From: Syntrophales bacterium
Lineage (GTDB): Bacteria; Desulfobacterota; Syntrophia; Syntrophales; PHBD01
Assembly: GCA_963668175.1 (NCBI GenBank)
Contig: OY764159.1
Location: 1,728,001 to 1,792,000 of the forward strand
DNA length: 64,000 bases
Reading direction: 5' to 3'
Part shown: piece by piece, positions 20,536 through 30,639 of the stretch
How positions within the stretch are numbered: position 1 is the stretch's first letter
How the letters are laid out: every line of letters starts with the position of its first letter
The notes under the pieces: model-generated
Told to the model about the DNA's origin: nothing
The model's input: only the letters and a program-made list of their open reading frames with translations
The model's database searches: none
Made by a program: the position numbers and the translations under genes

Positions 20536-22113
20536 ATGGAAGAATACAACAATGAAAACAACGCCGCCAGTGCGCCCGAACAACCGCCCGCAGCCGAAAG
20601 CGGCTACGGGATGCCGCCGGGCGAAGAACAGCTCATCGAGCCCGAAGACGCCCTGACCGCGGTAACCTTAAACGATTTACCCGAACGGCTCCGGGAAGCA
20701 TGCCGCACGGCGGGCTGGACCAAGCTCCTGCCCGTCCAGGCCCGGGCGTACCCCTATGTCATGGCCGGCCGGAACCTGATGATCCAGTCCCATACCGGCA
20801 GCGGCAAAACGGCGGCCTATCTCCTGCCGCTCATGGAGCGGATCAATATGGAAAAGAAGGTATGCCAGGTGCTGGTCCTGGTTCCCACCCGCGAACTTGC
20901 CCTGCAGGTCTCCCGGGAGGCCGAGATGCTCGCGAACGGCCTGCCGATGAAGACGGCCGTGGTCTACGGCGGCGTATCCTACGGCCCGCAGCTTGAGGCA
21001 TTCCGGCAGGGAGCCCAGCTCGTCGTGGGCACGCCGGGGCGCATCCTAGACCACCTCATCAAGGGATCGCTCTCCCTGGAGCACCTGCAGATCATCGTCT
21101 TCGACGAGGCGGACCGCATGCTCTCCATGGGGTTCTATCCCGACATGCGGCGGATCAAGCAGCTCATGCCGTCCCGGCCGATCAACGGCTACATGTTCTC
21201 GGCGACATTCCCCATCTTCGTCCTGCGCCTTGCCGGCGAGTTCATGCGCAAGCCCGAATTCCTGAGCTTGAGCCGCGACCGGGTGCATGTCACCGACACG
21301 GAGCATATCTGCTATACCGTGCCGGGAATGCAGCGCGAGCGGTCGCTTGTGAAGATCATCGAGGTGGAGAATCCCGTCTCGGCCATTATCTTCTGCAACA
21401 CGAAATCGACGGTCCATTTCCTGTCGGTCGTCCTGAAGCGATTCGGCTACGATGCCGACGAACTGAGTTCGGACCTCGCCCAGGGGGCCCGCGAGCGGGT
21501 CATGGGTCGCGTGCGGCGGGGGGCGCTGCGTTTCCTTGTCGCGACGGACGTTGCGGCCCGGGGCATCGACATCCCGGATCTGTCGCACGTCATCCAGTAC
21601 GAGCCGCCGGAGGACCCGGAACTATACATCCACCGCGCCGGCCGGACCGGGCGGGTAGGGGCCAGCGGCGTCGCAATTTCGATTGTGGCCGGGATGGAGC
21701 AGTTCAAGCTCAGGGAGATCGCCCGGACGTACAAGATCGACCTGGTGGAGAAGAAGATTCCGACGGAGGAGGAGATCGAAGGGATTGTGGCCCAGAGGGT
21801 CGTGGCGTCGCTGGAGTCTGAACTGCGGTCCCGCGACAGCCTGGCGAACGAAAGGATGCAGCGTTTTATTCCCCTGGGCCGAAGCCTCGGAGAGGCGGAA
21901 ATGGATTCGCCGCTCATCGCCATGCTGTTGGACGATTATTACCAGCGGACCCTTCAGGCCCCGCCCCAGACGCCCGACAGCCAGGAGCCGCCGGAGGCGG
22001 CACCGGCAGCCGGCCGGCCGCCGCGTTCCTCCGAAGCGAAGAAGGACAAGAAACCCCGGCGGCGGGGCGGCAGGAGGAAAAAGCCTTCCTCCCAAGGCCA
22101 GCCGGCTTCTTAG
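20536..22113 (+). CDS. DEAD-box RNA helicase
   Basis: TGSGKT, PTRELA, TPGR, DEAD, SAT, ARGID, HRAGRTGR. Confidence 0.95.
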   Translation: MEEYNNENNAASAPEQPPAAESGYGMPPGEEQLIEPEDALTAVTLNDLPERLREACRTAGWTKLLPVQARAYPYVMAGRNLMIQSHTGSGKTAAYLLPLMERINMEKKVCQVLVLVPTRELALQVSREAEMLANGLPMKTAVVYGGVSYGPQLEAFRQGAQLVVGTPGRILDHLIKGSLSLEHLQIIVFDEADRMLSMGFYPDMRRIKQLMPSRPINGYMFSATFPIFVLRLAGEFMRKPEFLSLSRDRVHVTDTEHICYTVPGMQRERSLVKIIEVENPVSAIIFCNTKSTVHFLSVVLKRFGYDADELSSDLAQGARERVMGRVRRGALRFLVATDVAARGIDIPDLSHVIQYEPPEDPELYIHRAGRTGRVGASGVAISIVAGMEQFKLREIARTYKIDLVEKKIPTEEEIEGIVAQRVVASLESELRSRDSLANERMQRFIPLGRSLGEAEMDSPLIAMLLDDYYQRTLQAPPQTPDSQEPPEAAPAAGRPPRSSEAKKDKKPRRRGGRRKKPSSQGQPAS

Positions 22114-22158
22114 CCTACGCTTTTCATCACGGGGTAAGCAGGACGCTTTGGAAAATAG

Positions 22159-22192
22159 AACGGCCCGCGGCTTGAAGCCGGGGGCCGTTTTT
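22159..22192 (+). terminator. Terminator hairpin between the convergent helicase and MCP genes
   Basis: AACGGCCC...GGGCCGTT stem followed by Ts. Confidence 0.75.
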
Positions 22193-22215
22193 CAGTTGTT
22201 CCTGCAGGGCCGATC

Positions 22216-24141
22216 CTAGAAATTCCTGAAACCCTCTTCCTCGTGGTACGAGGTTTCGACCGCGGCGGGTCTTCCCGCGGATTTTTCCGGTGCGGGCAGT
22301 TTCTCCTGCTTGCCGAACGGCAGTTCGACATCCACCTTTTTCGTCTTCAGTCCTGAAATGATCCTTCTTCCCGCTTTCCTGGGCTCTTCGTCCCTGGCGC
22401 CGTCTGTGCCGACGATAGCCGTAAGCTGGCCGACGCTGCTCTTCATCTGCATCGCCTGGGCGTTCATCTGCTGCGCGGAGGAGGCCGTCTCTTCCGCGGT
22501 GGCGGCCGATTCCTGCGTCACCTTGTCCATCTCGGTGACGGCCTTGGCGACATGGGTGATGCCCTGGGCCTGCTCGTCCGAAGCGGCGGCGATCTCGTCG
22601 ATGAGGTTGGCGACTTTCTTCGCGATGGCGATGTTCTCCTGGAACGCCTCCTGGGTGGAACGGGTCAGGTCGTTGCCGTTCCGGACGTTGGCGATCGTGC
22701 CCTCGATGAGTGCACTCGTGGTCCTGGCGGCTTCGGCCGCTCTCATGGCGAGATTCCGGACTTCCTCGGCGACGACGGCGAATCCCGCCCCCGCCTCGCC
22801 GGCCCGGGCCGCCTCCACGGCGGCGTTGAGGGCCAGGAGGTTCGTCTGGAAGGCAATCTCGTCAATCGTCTTGATGATCTTGCCCGTCTCCTCGCTGGAG
22901 CGGGTGATCTCGCGGATGGCGGCAGCCATGTCTTCCATCAGTTTGCCGACGCGGTCCACGATCTTTTGCGTTTCCGCCGTCAGCTTCTTGGCCTGGGCGG
23001 CGTTCTCCGCCGTCTGTTTCGTCATGGACGACATCTCGTCGAGGGAACTGGAAGACTGCTCCAGGGCCGCCGCCTGCTTGGCGGTGCCTGCGGCGAGGTT
23101 CTGGCTCGCCGACGATACCTGGGACGAAGCCGACGAGACCTGGTCCGACGCCTCGTTGATCTCCGCGGCGATGCCGATCAACGGCCGGGAGATGCTGCGG
23201 CCGAAGAAGATCACCGTGACCGAGGTCAGGATCAGGAAGAACAGGGCCACGCCGACCAGGACCAGCCTGATCGCAAGGGCCTCCGCGTACAGGTCGTCCT
23301 GATTCTGGGTGACGATGATCGACCAGCCGGTGATGGGTACGGGTGCAAAAGCCGCGACTTTCTTGACGTTTTCGAAAACATATTCCTCGATGCCGGTCTC
23401 GTGGGCATTGGCCTTGGCGATGAAGGCCTCCATGCCCTTTTCATTGGTGAGGTTCTTTTCGAGGATCAATTCCTTGCGGGGATGGGCTATGACCGTGCCC
23501 TTCGGGTCGGTGGCAAGGGCGTAGCCGGTCTTGCCGATTTTGACGGACGTTATCTTGTTGGAGAGGTAGTCGATCTTGACGACGGCCGCGACAACGCCGT
23601 CGAACTCGCCGCCGGACGAACGGATCGGCACCGAGGCGATGGTGACGGTGTTGCCCGTGGCCTTCGATTTGATGACCTGGCCGATGGATGTCTTGCCCGC
23701 CTTGCCGTCCGTGAAATAGGCCCGTTCCTTGACGTTGAGCCCCTTGGTCTTGCCGCCGACGCTGTCGGCGGAGATGATTCCGTCGGGATTGACATAGATA
23801 ATCTGCTCGTAGTTGTCCCCCACCGCCTTATGGCTGAGTTCGAGTGCTTTCGATATCCGGCCCAGGGCCTCCTCGGTGTTTGCTCCTTTCCTGACCTGTT
23901 CCGCCGCCGCCAGGATCTCGCTGTTGGCCGCGACGGCCTTGATGATGTTCAACTGCTCCGTCATGCCCAACTGGACGATGTCGGACAGGTCCTTGGCGAT
24001 GGACGTGGCCCGGTCCTTGGAAAGCGTTTCGATAACCGACTGCGCCTTCCACGACGAGAAAACGCCGACGGTCACCAATGGGATCAGCACGATGCCGATC
24101 CCGCCCACAATCATCTTGTAACCTAAAGTCTTTTTCTTCAT
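22216..24141 (-). CDS. Methyl-accepting chemotaxis protein with a Cache-type sensor domain
   Basis: Two TMs; [37 protein letters not shown] signalling hairpin; start MKKKTLGYK after GGGGG RBS. Confidence 0.93.
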   Translation of the reverse strand: MKKKTLGYKMIVGGIGIVLIPLVTVGVFSSWKAQSVIETLSKDRATSIAKDLSDIVQLGMTEQLNIIKAVAANSEILAAAEQVRKGANTEEALGRISKALELSHKAVGDNYEQIIYVNPDGIISADSVGGKTKGLNVKERAYFTDGKAGKTSIGQVIKSKATGNTVTIASVPIRSSGGEFDGVVAAVVKIDYLSNKITSVKIGKTGYALATDPKGTVIAHPRKELILEKNLTNEKGMEAFIAKANAHETGIEEYVFENVKKVAAFAPVPITGWSIIVTQNQDDLYAEALAIRLVLVGVALFFLILTSVTVIFFGRSISRPLIGIAAEINEASDQVSSASSQVSSASQNLAAGTAKQAAALEQSSSSLDEMSSMTKQTAENAAQAKKLTAETQKIVDRVGKLMEDMAAAIREITRSSEETGKIIKTIDEIAFQTNLLALNAAVEAARAGEAGAGFAVVAEEVRNLAMRAAEAARTTSALIEGTIANVRNGNDLTRSTQEAFQENIAIAKKVANLIDEIAAASDEQAQGITHVAKAVTEMDKVTQESAATAEETASSAQQMNAQAMQMKSSVGQLTAIVGTDGARDEEPRKAGRRIISGLKTKKVDVELPFGKQEKLPAPEKSAGRPAAVETSYHEEEGFRNF

Positions 24142-24424
24142 AAAGCAATCGCCCCCCGTCTTGTTTGCGGTCCGCCTCCGGCGGCAGGATCGGCCTGCGG
24201 CCCGGGCGTCACCGGTTGATTGCATGTAAAGGCTTCTTGGTTGTAGAGAGGATCGTTTGAATGAGATGAAACCTTTTACCAGCTTAGGCCGCAAAGGTCA
24301 ATGTATATATCCCTTATATTTCAGAGGGAAACGGCATGGATGAGAAAAAATTCTTGCAATCGCGGTTCGTTTGAGATAAAGCACCACATTCTCCCGAACG
24401 GGAGGCCATAAAACCAGTCTCAAG

Positions 24425-24500
24425 GGGCCCTTAGCTCAGCAGGTAGAGCAACTGACTCTTAATCAGTAGGTTGTCGGTTCGATCCCGACAGGGCTCACCA
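24425..24500 (+). tRNA. tRNA-Lys (anticodon CTT)
   Basis: GGGCCCT/AGGGCTC acceptor stem, TAGCTCAG D-arm, CTGA-CTCTTAA-TCAG anticodon arm, GGTTCGATCC T-arm, encoded CCA; 76 nt. Confidence 0.97.
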
Positions 24501-24508
24501 GAAAATAC

Positions 24509-24546
24509 AGGGGTTTCGAGCGTTTCCGCTTGGAGCCCCTTTTTTT
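24509..24546 (+). terminator. Terminator after tRNA-Lys, carried on the left arm of module 1
   Basis: AGGGGTTTCGAGCG / CGCTTGGAGCCCCT plus T run; near-identical copy at about 27353-27389. Confidence 0.75.
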
Positions 24547-24771
24547 CGTTTCCCGTCAGACCTCGTCATTTTGATCGTTTCCGCACCCAAATTGAACCGC
24601 CATGCGGCTGCGTCGCGGAATGCGTATTTCAAAAAGCCTTTGGATGGCGAAACGAAATCGGCGACAAAGATTTCCTCTGTTGCATCTGCTTATCGGTTGC
24701 GCGAATAATCGATGAGCAATGAAGATAACCCGTTGTGATCTTCAAATCCGGACGGGTTTTCCGGGGGCGTG

Positions 24772-26694
24772 TCAGGCAGTCTGAAATCCGCTTGTCTGTT
24801 TCACAAGCTTCATAAACAGTTCTCTCTGTTTTTCCAGAGCAGACTTATATTGCATGGCCTCTTTTATGAAAGTGCTATTCTCGATAACCATTTTTAAGCG
24901 TTTTCTGGCCAGGACGATTTCATTTGTATTAAAATGAAGATTCTTACCAAGCAGGGCTATGATATCATTCGCACTGCAATAATTTTCATCGGACCTGGAG
25001 AGGATGTTGGAAAATATGAAGCTGAAAATATCTTGATCAAACTCATACAGCTCCTTCAAGAATTGAGATACTGCGTGAGATTTATTCCTGCCGGCCCAGT
25101 CCGTGTAATTTATGCCTGTCTTGGTTCTGGTTTCGTTGCTGTCCAGCTTATCCATGGCTTCTGATATATCCCTTTCGGAATAATTGGTAATGAGGAACCC
25201 GGCCCACACAATCCAGGTGATGGCAAGGGCATACAGGTCATGCGACCAGGATGCCTTGTAGGTGCGGAATTCATCAAATTGCTTAACCGTAATGGGTCGT
25301 ATATAGCCTTTCGTGCCTGCAAGACTTCCATTATGGCCTTCCGTCACGCACGTTCCATAATCCATAAGTGCAAACGTGCCGTCCATCGAAGCAAAAATGT
25401 TACCCGGTTTCAGGTCCCGGTGAACGTAATGCTTCTGATGGCATGTGTTCAAGTCATTTGCAATATCCCACAAGAGGAGGCGAAGGAGGGAGCGACCGTC
25501 TTGCTGTTCTTTAAGATCTTTACGCAGGCTTGTGGACGGGCACATGAGGTTCATGACCATATAGGCCTTGATGCCTCTCTTGGGATCCTTCGGCGATCTC
25601 ACGACTATCTTGTCGATGATCTTTGCCTTGCTCTGGAGCTTCTTCATTAATTCTATCTCTTTATCAAAATCCTTCAGAACAGAGTCCTGGGTGACTTTCC
25701 TCGGCTTCTCCTGTTGTTTCGGAAGGGGCTGCGGATTGGGAACGGACTTCTTCTTGGGGGCAAAGAAAAGTTTGAAGAGATTCTGTTGGGGAGCGGTCGT
25801 CTGTTTGGGGACCTCCTTTTTGGGGCCGGGGGGAGGGGATGCAGGGTGGGTATACTGATTGTGAACTTCTTTTATGGCGAGAATGTCCTTCTTCCCCTCC
25901 GATTCCATGCCATAACGGATTTTGCCGAAACTGCCTGCGGCTGAAGACTGCGCCACGATATAACCTTTGTACAGCTTATTGGCGCTGTATCTATCCGGCA
26001 CAAGCAGGGAAAGACGCGTGGTTTTTGCTTCGGAGCCCTTGCCGATCGTTATCTTGAATTCACCGTTTGGAGATTGCGGTGTCTTGTATTTCTTCCCGAT
26101 TCCTCCCATCGCATACTCCGGAGTGATGGACGGGGTGAATGCAAGAATTTGCTGGGCCCAGCCGTGATGGTCATAGATGTTGTCCTTGTCCCATATCCGG
26201 TATATTTTGGGTGCAGGGCCTTTTGAAACAAGGTCGAAACCGCTGTCGTCGTGGATACTTTCGCTTTGGAAAGGGCTGGCTTGAACCAAATCGTAAGGAG
26301 CATCAATCTCCGGCTGTTCCTTAAGCTTGTCAATTTCATTAAGCAGAATCGCCCCCTGGATATCAAGAATCGATTCCCAGGCCTTTTGTTCATTTCTTGA
26401 TCGGTCCGCCTCCGTGATCGATCTGATGAGGTCCATAATGACATGATCGGATGGCAATGGTGATTTCTCCATATATTCATATGGTTCCACTTTGCAAAGA
26501 AGAAGCCAGCATGTCGGCAGGATGTTCGTCTGACCGTTCTTGAATACAAGATCCTCGACGATATGCTTGACCCAGCGAAGTTGCCAGGGGGCAGTTAAAA
26601 ACGGGTCCGGTTTGATACACAAAAAGCCCTGGTGCAGAACCTCACCCTTAATGGCCTTGCCGGACTTCGGGTCTCTCCAGGTTTCTCTGGGCAT
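24772..26694 (-). CDS. Hanks-type Ser/Thr protein kinase with an uncharacterised N-terminal region
   Basis: AGSFGKI, LAIKE, HRDLKPGN, DYG, AGTKGY, DLYALA; AAAGGAGG RBS before ATG 26694. Confidence 0.85.
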   Translation of the reverse strand: MPRETWRDPKSGKAIKGEVLHQGFLCIKPDPFLTAPWQLRWVKHIVEDLVFKNGQTNILPTCWLLLCKVEPYEYMEKSPLPSDHVIMDLIRSITEADRSRNEQKAWESILDIQGAILLNEIDKLKEQPEIDAPYDLVQASPFQSESIHDDSGFDLVSKGPAPKIYRIWDKDNIYDHHGWAQQILAFTPSITPEYAMGGIGKKYKTPQSPNGEFKITIGKGSEAKTTRLSLLVPDRYSANKLYKGYIVAQSSAAGSFGKIRYGMESEGKKDILAIKEVHNQYTHPASPPPGPKKEVPKQTTAPQQNLFKLFFAPKKKSVPNPQPLPKQQEKPRKVTQDSVLKDFDKEIELMKKLQSKAKIIDKIVVRSPKDPKRGIKAYMVMNLMCPSTSLRKDLKEQQDGRSLLRLLLWDIANDLNTCHQKHYVHRDLKPGNIFASMDGTFALMDYGTCVTEGHNGSLAGTKGYIRPITVKQFDEFRTYKASWSHDLYALAITWIVWAGFLITNYSERDISEAMDKLDSNETRTKTGINYTDWAGRNKSHAVSQFLKELYEFDQDIFSFIFSNILSRSDENYCSANDIIALLGKNLHFNTNEIVLARKRLKMVIENSTFIKEAMQYKSALEKQRELFMKLVKQTSGFQTA

Positions 26695-26869
26695 GATGCC
26701 TCCTTTGTCGAGTAGGGGTGATGCAAATATTCCCGTGCGCATTCCTGTATCTTGGGTTTAACGACTGCGATCTTGAAGCGGAGTGGGGAAACTGTGAACT
26801 GAATTGTGGGTATTGTCAAGATTAAATATCAGTAAAATGACTTAAGAATAGACCGGCATCCCCCCGAAA

Positions 26870-27228
26870 TCATGCAGGCGGGAGGAGGGGAAGGGTCGGG
26901 GCGCGGTCGCTCCGGACGGCGAGGCCTTTGAGGACGCCCATGACGAGTTCTCCCGTCTTGTGGTCCAGGGCGCTTGTCGGCTCGTCGCAGACGACGAGTT
27001 TCGGGTCGTGAACCAAAGCGCGGGCGATGGCCACCCGCTGCTGCTGGCCGCCTGAAAGCTCATTCGGCAGGGACGCCTCCCGCCCCGTCAGCCCCACCTG
27101 GGCCAGGCACTCCGTAGCCCGGACCGCTGCCTTCTCTTCCTTCTGTCCGTTGATGAGCAGCGGGATGCCGATATTCTCCACGATGCTTAAGGTCGGGATG
27201 AGATTGAAGGCCTGGAAGACGAACCCGC
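26870..27228 (-). pseudogene. Internal fragment of a LolD/MacB-type ABC ATPase
   Basis: [24 protein letters not shown] and DEPTSALD present; Walker A and H-loop absent. Confidence 0.85.
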
Positions 27229-27236
27229 TTTGCTGC

Positions 27237-27444
27237 CATGTGGTCATTTTTCGTCGTCAAATGCTTATTCATTTCATCATGTTAAAATAGCGCATATTAC
27301 TCTTAATCAGTAGGTTGTCGGTTCGATCCCGACAGGGCTCACCATGAAATACAGGGGTTTCGAGCGTTTCCGCTTGGAACCCCTTTTTTCGTTTCTCGTC
27401 AAATCTCGTCATTTTTAACCAGTTCTGCACCCAAAATGCACCCA
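27237..27444 (+). repeat. att junction B (conserved left arm + tRNA-Lys 3' core + right arm)
   Basis: Core 27299-27344 is identical to 24455-24500; left arm shared with junctions C and D; right arm similar to 24501-24600. Confidence 0.9.
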
Positions 27445-27832
27445 CTACGCAATCTTCATTTTCCCCATTTCGGCCTTCATCATTTCATCAACGACCGGGA
27501 GGAATTCTCAACCCCCTGACACGATTCTTTCGGTGGAATCATGAAGTCATGTTTGTTCTCCGTCTCCTTCGGGCAATTCAACCATGTTGTCAATCAGGAC
27601 CCGCTGCCCAATCACTAATAATTAGAGGATATACTGCTTGGGAGTGCGCAAACGGTTAGGGAGTAATAACGCCCGTGACTCTTTCGAGACTATCCTGTCC
27701 CCCATATCCTTTTGGGGCAACTTGTGATAAATTCACTCCCAATAAAAGATAAAAACTCAGGGAGGCATTAGGGTGGAGAAGTTCATCCGTTGCGGTCCCG
27801 GAGGGCAAATTATTAACCAATACAGGATAAGT

Positions 27833-29500
27833 ATGAAATATAAACAAACTTATGCGGAAGTGAAGAAGGGCAACGACCTGTTAGAGGCGGAGATCAAGCG
27901 GCAGGCCAAGTTAAAAAGAGCCCTCATAGAGACAGAGAGTTTCTACCGAACGATCTGGGAAAGCTCGCTCACCGGCCTCTACATCGCCCAAAACGGCATT
28001 TTCCAGGCCGTTAACCCCATCCCGGCCCTGTTCACAGGCTACAGCAAAGATGATCTCGTGGGAAAGAAATCGGACAGCATCATCCATCCCGACGACAAGG
28101 AGGCCGTAAAGAAAAACGCCCACGCGATGCTTCTGAAAAAGAGCTCCACGCCCTACGAATTCAGAATCCTCTCTAAGGACAAACATATCCGCTGGGTCAT
28201 GGAATACGTCGCGCCTACGACTTATAACGGAAAGCCGGCAATCCTCGGCAATTTCATGGACATCACCGCCCGGAAGGACTTTGAATCGAAACTGAAAGAA
28301 TCGGAGAACCTTTACCGGACCATCTTTGAAAATACAGGTTCGGCAACGATCATCATCGAGGACGACATGACCGTCTCCCTCATGAACTCCGAGTTCGAAA
28401 GGATGACGGGATACCGAAAGGAAGAGTGGGAAGGGAAGAAGAAGTGGATCGAATATATCTCGAAAGAACAGCAGCCCTGGATGAAAAAATACCATAAACT
28501 GCGGAGACTCAATCATGAGGCCGCCCCACGCCGCTACGAACACGAGATCATCCGCAGTGATGGGAGTGTCGTTAGCGTTCTGATCACCATCGACATGATT
28601 CCCGGTACCAAGAAGAGTGTCGCCTCCCATACGAACATCACCGATTGGAAAAAGGCCCAAGAGAAACTGAAGGAATCTGAAAATCTTTACCGCGCGATTT
28701 TTGAAACGACTGGGGCCGCAACGGTCATCATGGAAGACGACATGACTATCTCCCATATGAACTCGGAGTTCGAGCGGATGACGGGCTATCGCAGAGAGGC
28801 ATGGGAAGGAAAGAAAAAATGGACCGAATACGTCCTTAATGAAGATCTTCCTTGGATGATTGATTACCATACTCAACGTCGCCTCGACCGCAGCGCTCCC
28901 CCGCGGAACTACGAGCATCGGCTGGTGGACAGCAAAGGGAGGATCAGGCATATGTACCTTACCGTCGATATGATCCCCGAAACGAAAAAGAGCCTCGCGT
29001 CCTTCGTGGATGTTACGGACTGGAAGGAGGCGGAAACCCGCCTGAAGAAAAGAGAAGAAGAACTCCAGGCCAAGTCCCGGAACCTTTCGGAATTAAACAC
29101 GGCCCTTCGTGTCCTCTTGAAACAGCGTGAAGATGACCGCGAAGAGTTCGAGGAAAAGGTGCTGTCCAACGTCAGGGAATTTGTCCTGCCTTACGTTCAA
29201 ACATTGAAAAAAAGTAAGATGCCGGCGAAAGACCTGGCCTATGTGGGCATTCTGGAGTCGAATATTCAGGACATCATCTCGCCATTCGCCCGCAAGATTT
29301 CGTCCAAGTACATGCAGCTCACGCCCAAAGAAGTGCAGATAGCCTACTTGATCAAGGAAGGCAAGACCAGCAAGGAGATCGCCGAGGCGATGAATCTCTC
29401 CAAGTGTGCCGTCGATATCCACCGTTACCGGCTCCGGAACAAACTGGGCCTGAACAACAAGAAAGCCAACCTGAGAATGCACCTGATGAACATTTCATAA
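27833..29500 (+). CDS. Multi-PAS domain LuxR-family transcriptional regulator
   Basis: Three PAS/PAC repeats (IHPDDK..., ESENLYR.IFE.TG twice); C-terminal LTPKEVQIAYLIKEGKTSKEIA...HR..LRNKL HTH. Confidence 0.9.
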   Translation: MKYKQTYAEVKKGNDLLEAEIKRQAKLKRALIETESFYRTIWESSLTGLYIAQNGIFQAVNPIPALFTGYSKDDLVGKKSDSIIHPDDKEAVKKNAHAMLLKKSSTPYEFRILSKDKHIRWVMEYVAPTTYNGKPAILGNFMDITARKDFESKLKESENLYRTIFENTGSATIIIEDDMTVSLMNSEFERMTGYRKEEWEGKKKWIEYISKEQQPWMKKYHKLRRLNHEAAPRRYEHEIIRSDGSVVSVLITIDMIPGTKKSVASHTNITDWKKAQEKLKESENLYRAIFETTGAATVIMEDDMTISHMNSEFERMTGYRREAWEGKKKWTEYVLNEDLPWMIDYHTQRRLDRSAPPRNYEHRLVDSKGRIRHMYLTVDMIPETKKSLASFVDVTDWKEAETRLKKREEELQAKSRNLSELNTALRVLLKQREDDREEFEEKVLSNVREFVLPYVQTLKKSKMPAKDLAYVGILESNIQDIISPFARKISSKYMQLTPKEVQIAYLIKEGKTSKEIAEAMNLSKCAVDIHRYRLRNKLGLNNKKANLRMHLMNIS

Positions 29501-29504
29501 TTTG

Positions 29505-29583
29505 TTACAAATTTTCCACAATTTTTGTAATATTTATGTAATTAGCGTTTGATAATATTACAATTTCGTGACAACTTTTGTAA
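29505..29583. promoter_or_regulatory. Two TTACAA-N14-TTGTAA palindromes upstream of hbd (candidate operator)
   Basis: 29505-29530 and 29558-29583, offset 53 bp, in an AT-rich intergenic region. Confidence 0.55.
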
Positions 29584-29744
29584 CATTCATCAAACATTGA
29601 TTAAAACCCTTCCTTGCCCCTAAATACACCCATCACAATAAAACTGGTCCGCGGCAGTCCAAGCAGCATCTATGATCGGGCCCGACATTTCGGGACTTTC
29701 GCGGAAGTGCCGGTTTTCCACCCAACACAAGGAGTAGATTAACT

Positions 29745-30608
29745 ATGAAAATCAATACAATAGGAGTAATCGGGGCGGGGAACATGGGGCGTCAGATCGC
29801 CCTGCAGTGCGCCCTGTCGGGTTTCGAGGTTTACTGCACGGACACGATCGCCGTTGTTCTGCAAAGCGCCGAGGCCTTTTCGCGCAAGTGGCTCGCCGAC
29901 CGCGTCGCCAAGGGCAAGATGGCCGAGGATGAAGCGAAGACGGTAGGCGCCCGCCTGCACTATACGGCCGAACTGGCCGAGGCCGCCAAGGGCGCAGACC
30001 TCATCATCGAAGCCATCATCGAGATATTGGAAACGAAGCGGACGCTCTTCAAAGAGCTGGACAAGCTCTGTCCGGCCCACACGATCCTTGCGACCAACAG
30101 CTCGTACATCGTGAGTTCCAGGATCGCCGACGCCACGAAACGGCCCGACAAGGTCCTGAACATGCACTTCTTCAACCCGGCCCTCGTCATGAAGCTCGTC
30201 GAGGTCGTCCAGGGTCCCCACGTCTCCGACGAAACGGTCGAGACGGTCATCGAAGTCGGCAAGGCGTTGGGCAAGGTGCCCACACGGGTGAACAAGGAGA
30301 TCTACGGCTTCATCTGCAACCGGATGTTCAGCGCCATCACCAAGGAGGCCTGCTATCTCCTGGATCTGGGCATCGCCTCCATCGAAGACATCGACAACGC
30401 CGCGAAGAACGGCCTGGGGCATCCGATGGGTCCCCTGCAGCTCCTCGACATGACGGGCATCGACCTCGAATACTACGTCTCCATGGAACGTTACCAGGAG
30501 ACGCGGAACCTCGCCGACAAGCCGAGTCCCGGCCTCGTGGAGCGTTACGCCCGGGGCGACTACGGCAGGAAGACGGGCAAGGGATTCTACGATTACACGA
30601 AGAAGTGA
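29745..30608 (+). CDS. hbd: 3-hydroxybutyryl-CoA (3-hydroxyacyl-CoA) dehydrogenase
   Basis: GVIGAGNMG, IEAIIE, ATNSS, MHFFNP, GHPMGPL. Confidence 0.9.
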   Translation: MKINTIGVIGAGNMGRQIALQCALSGFEVYCTDTIAVVLQSAEAFSRKWLADRVAKGKMAEDEAKTVGARLHYTAELAEAAKGADLIIEAIIEILETKRTLFKELDKLCPAHTILATNSSYIVSSRIADATKRPDKVLNMHFFNPALVMKLVEVVQGPHVSDETVETVIEVGKALGKVPTRVNKEIYGFICNRMFSAITKEACYLLDLGIASIEDIDNAAKNGLGHPMGPLQLLDMTGIDLEYYVSMERYQETRNLADKPSPGLVERYARGDYGRKTGKGFYDYTKK

Positions 30609-30639
30609 GACGGCGACGTTTTCCGGAAAGGATAGAGAC

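Larger units (their letters stand above)
24501..27344. mobile_element. Integrated module 1 at tRNA-Lys (no integrase)
   Basis: Bounded by the tRNA and a perfect 46-nt repeat of its 3' end at 27299-27344; visibly more AT-rich than the core genes. Confidence 0.8.

Noticed and set aside
27445..27510. Possible integrase C-terminal remnant (minus strand, EFLPVVDEMMKAEMGKMKIA*) ending at the TGCACCCA repeats
   Set aside because: Only about 20 codons with an upstream stop and no catalytic R-H-R-Y motifs; unsupported without an HMM search.
27722..27738. Rex/CRP-like box TTGTGATAAATTCACTC upstream of PAS-LuxR
   Set aside because: The spacing is one base short of either consensus and the right half is degenerate.
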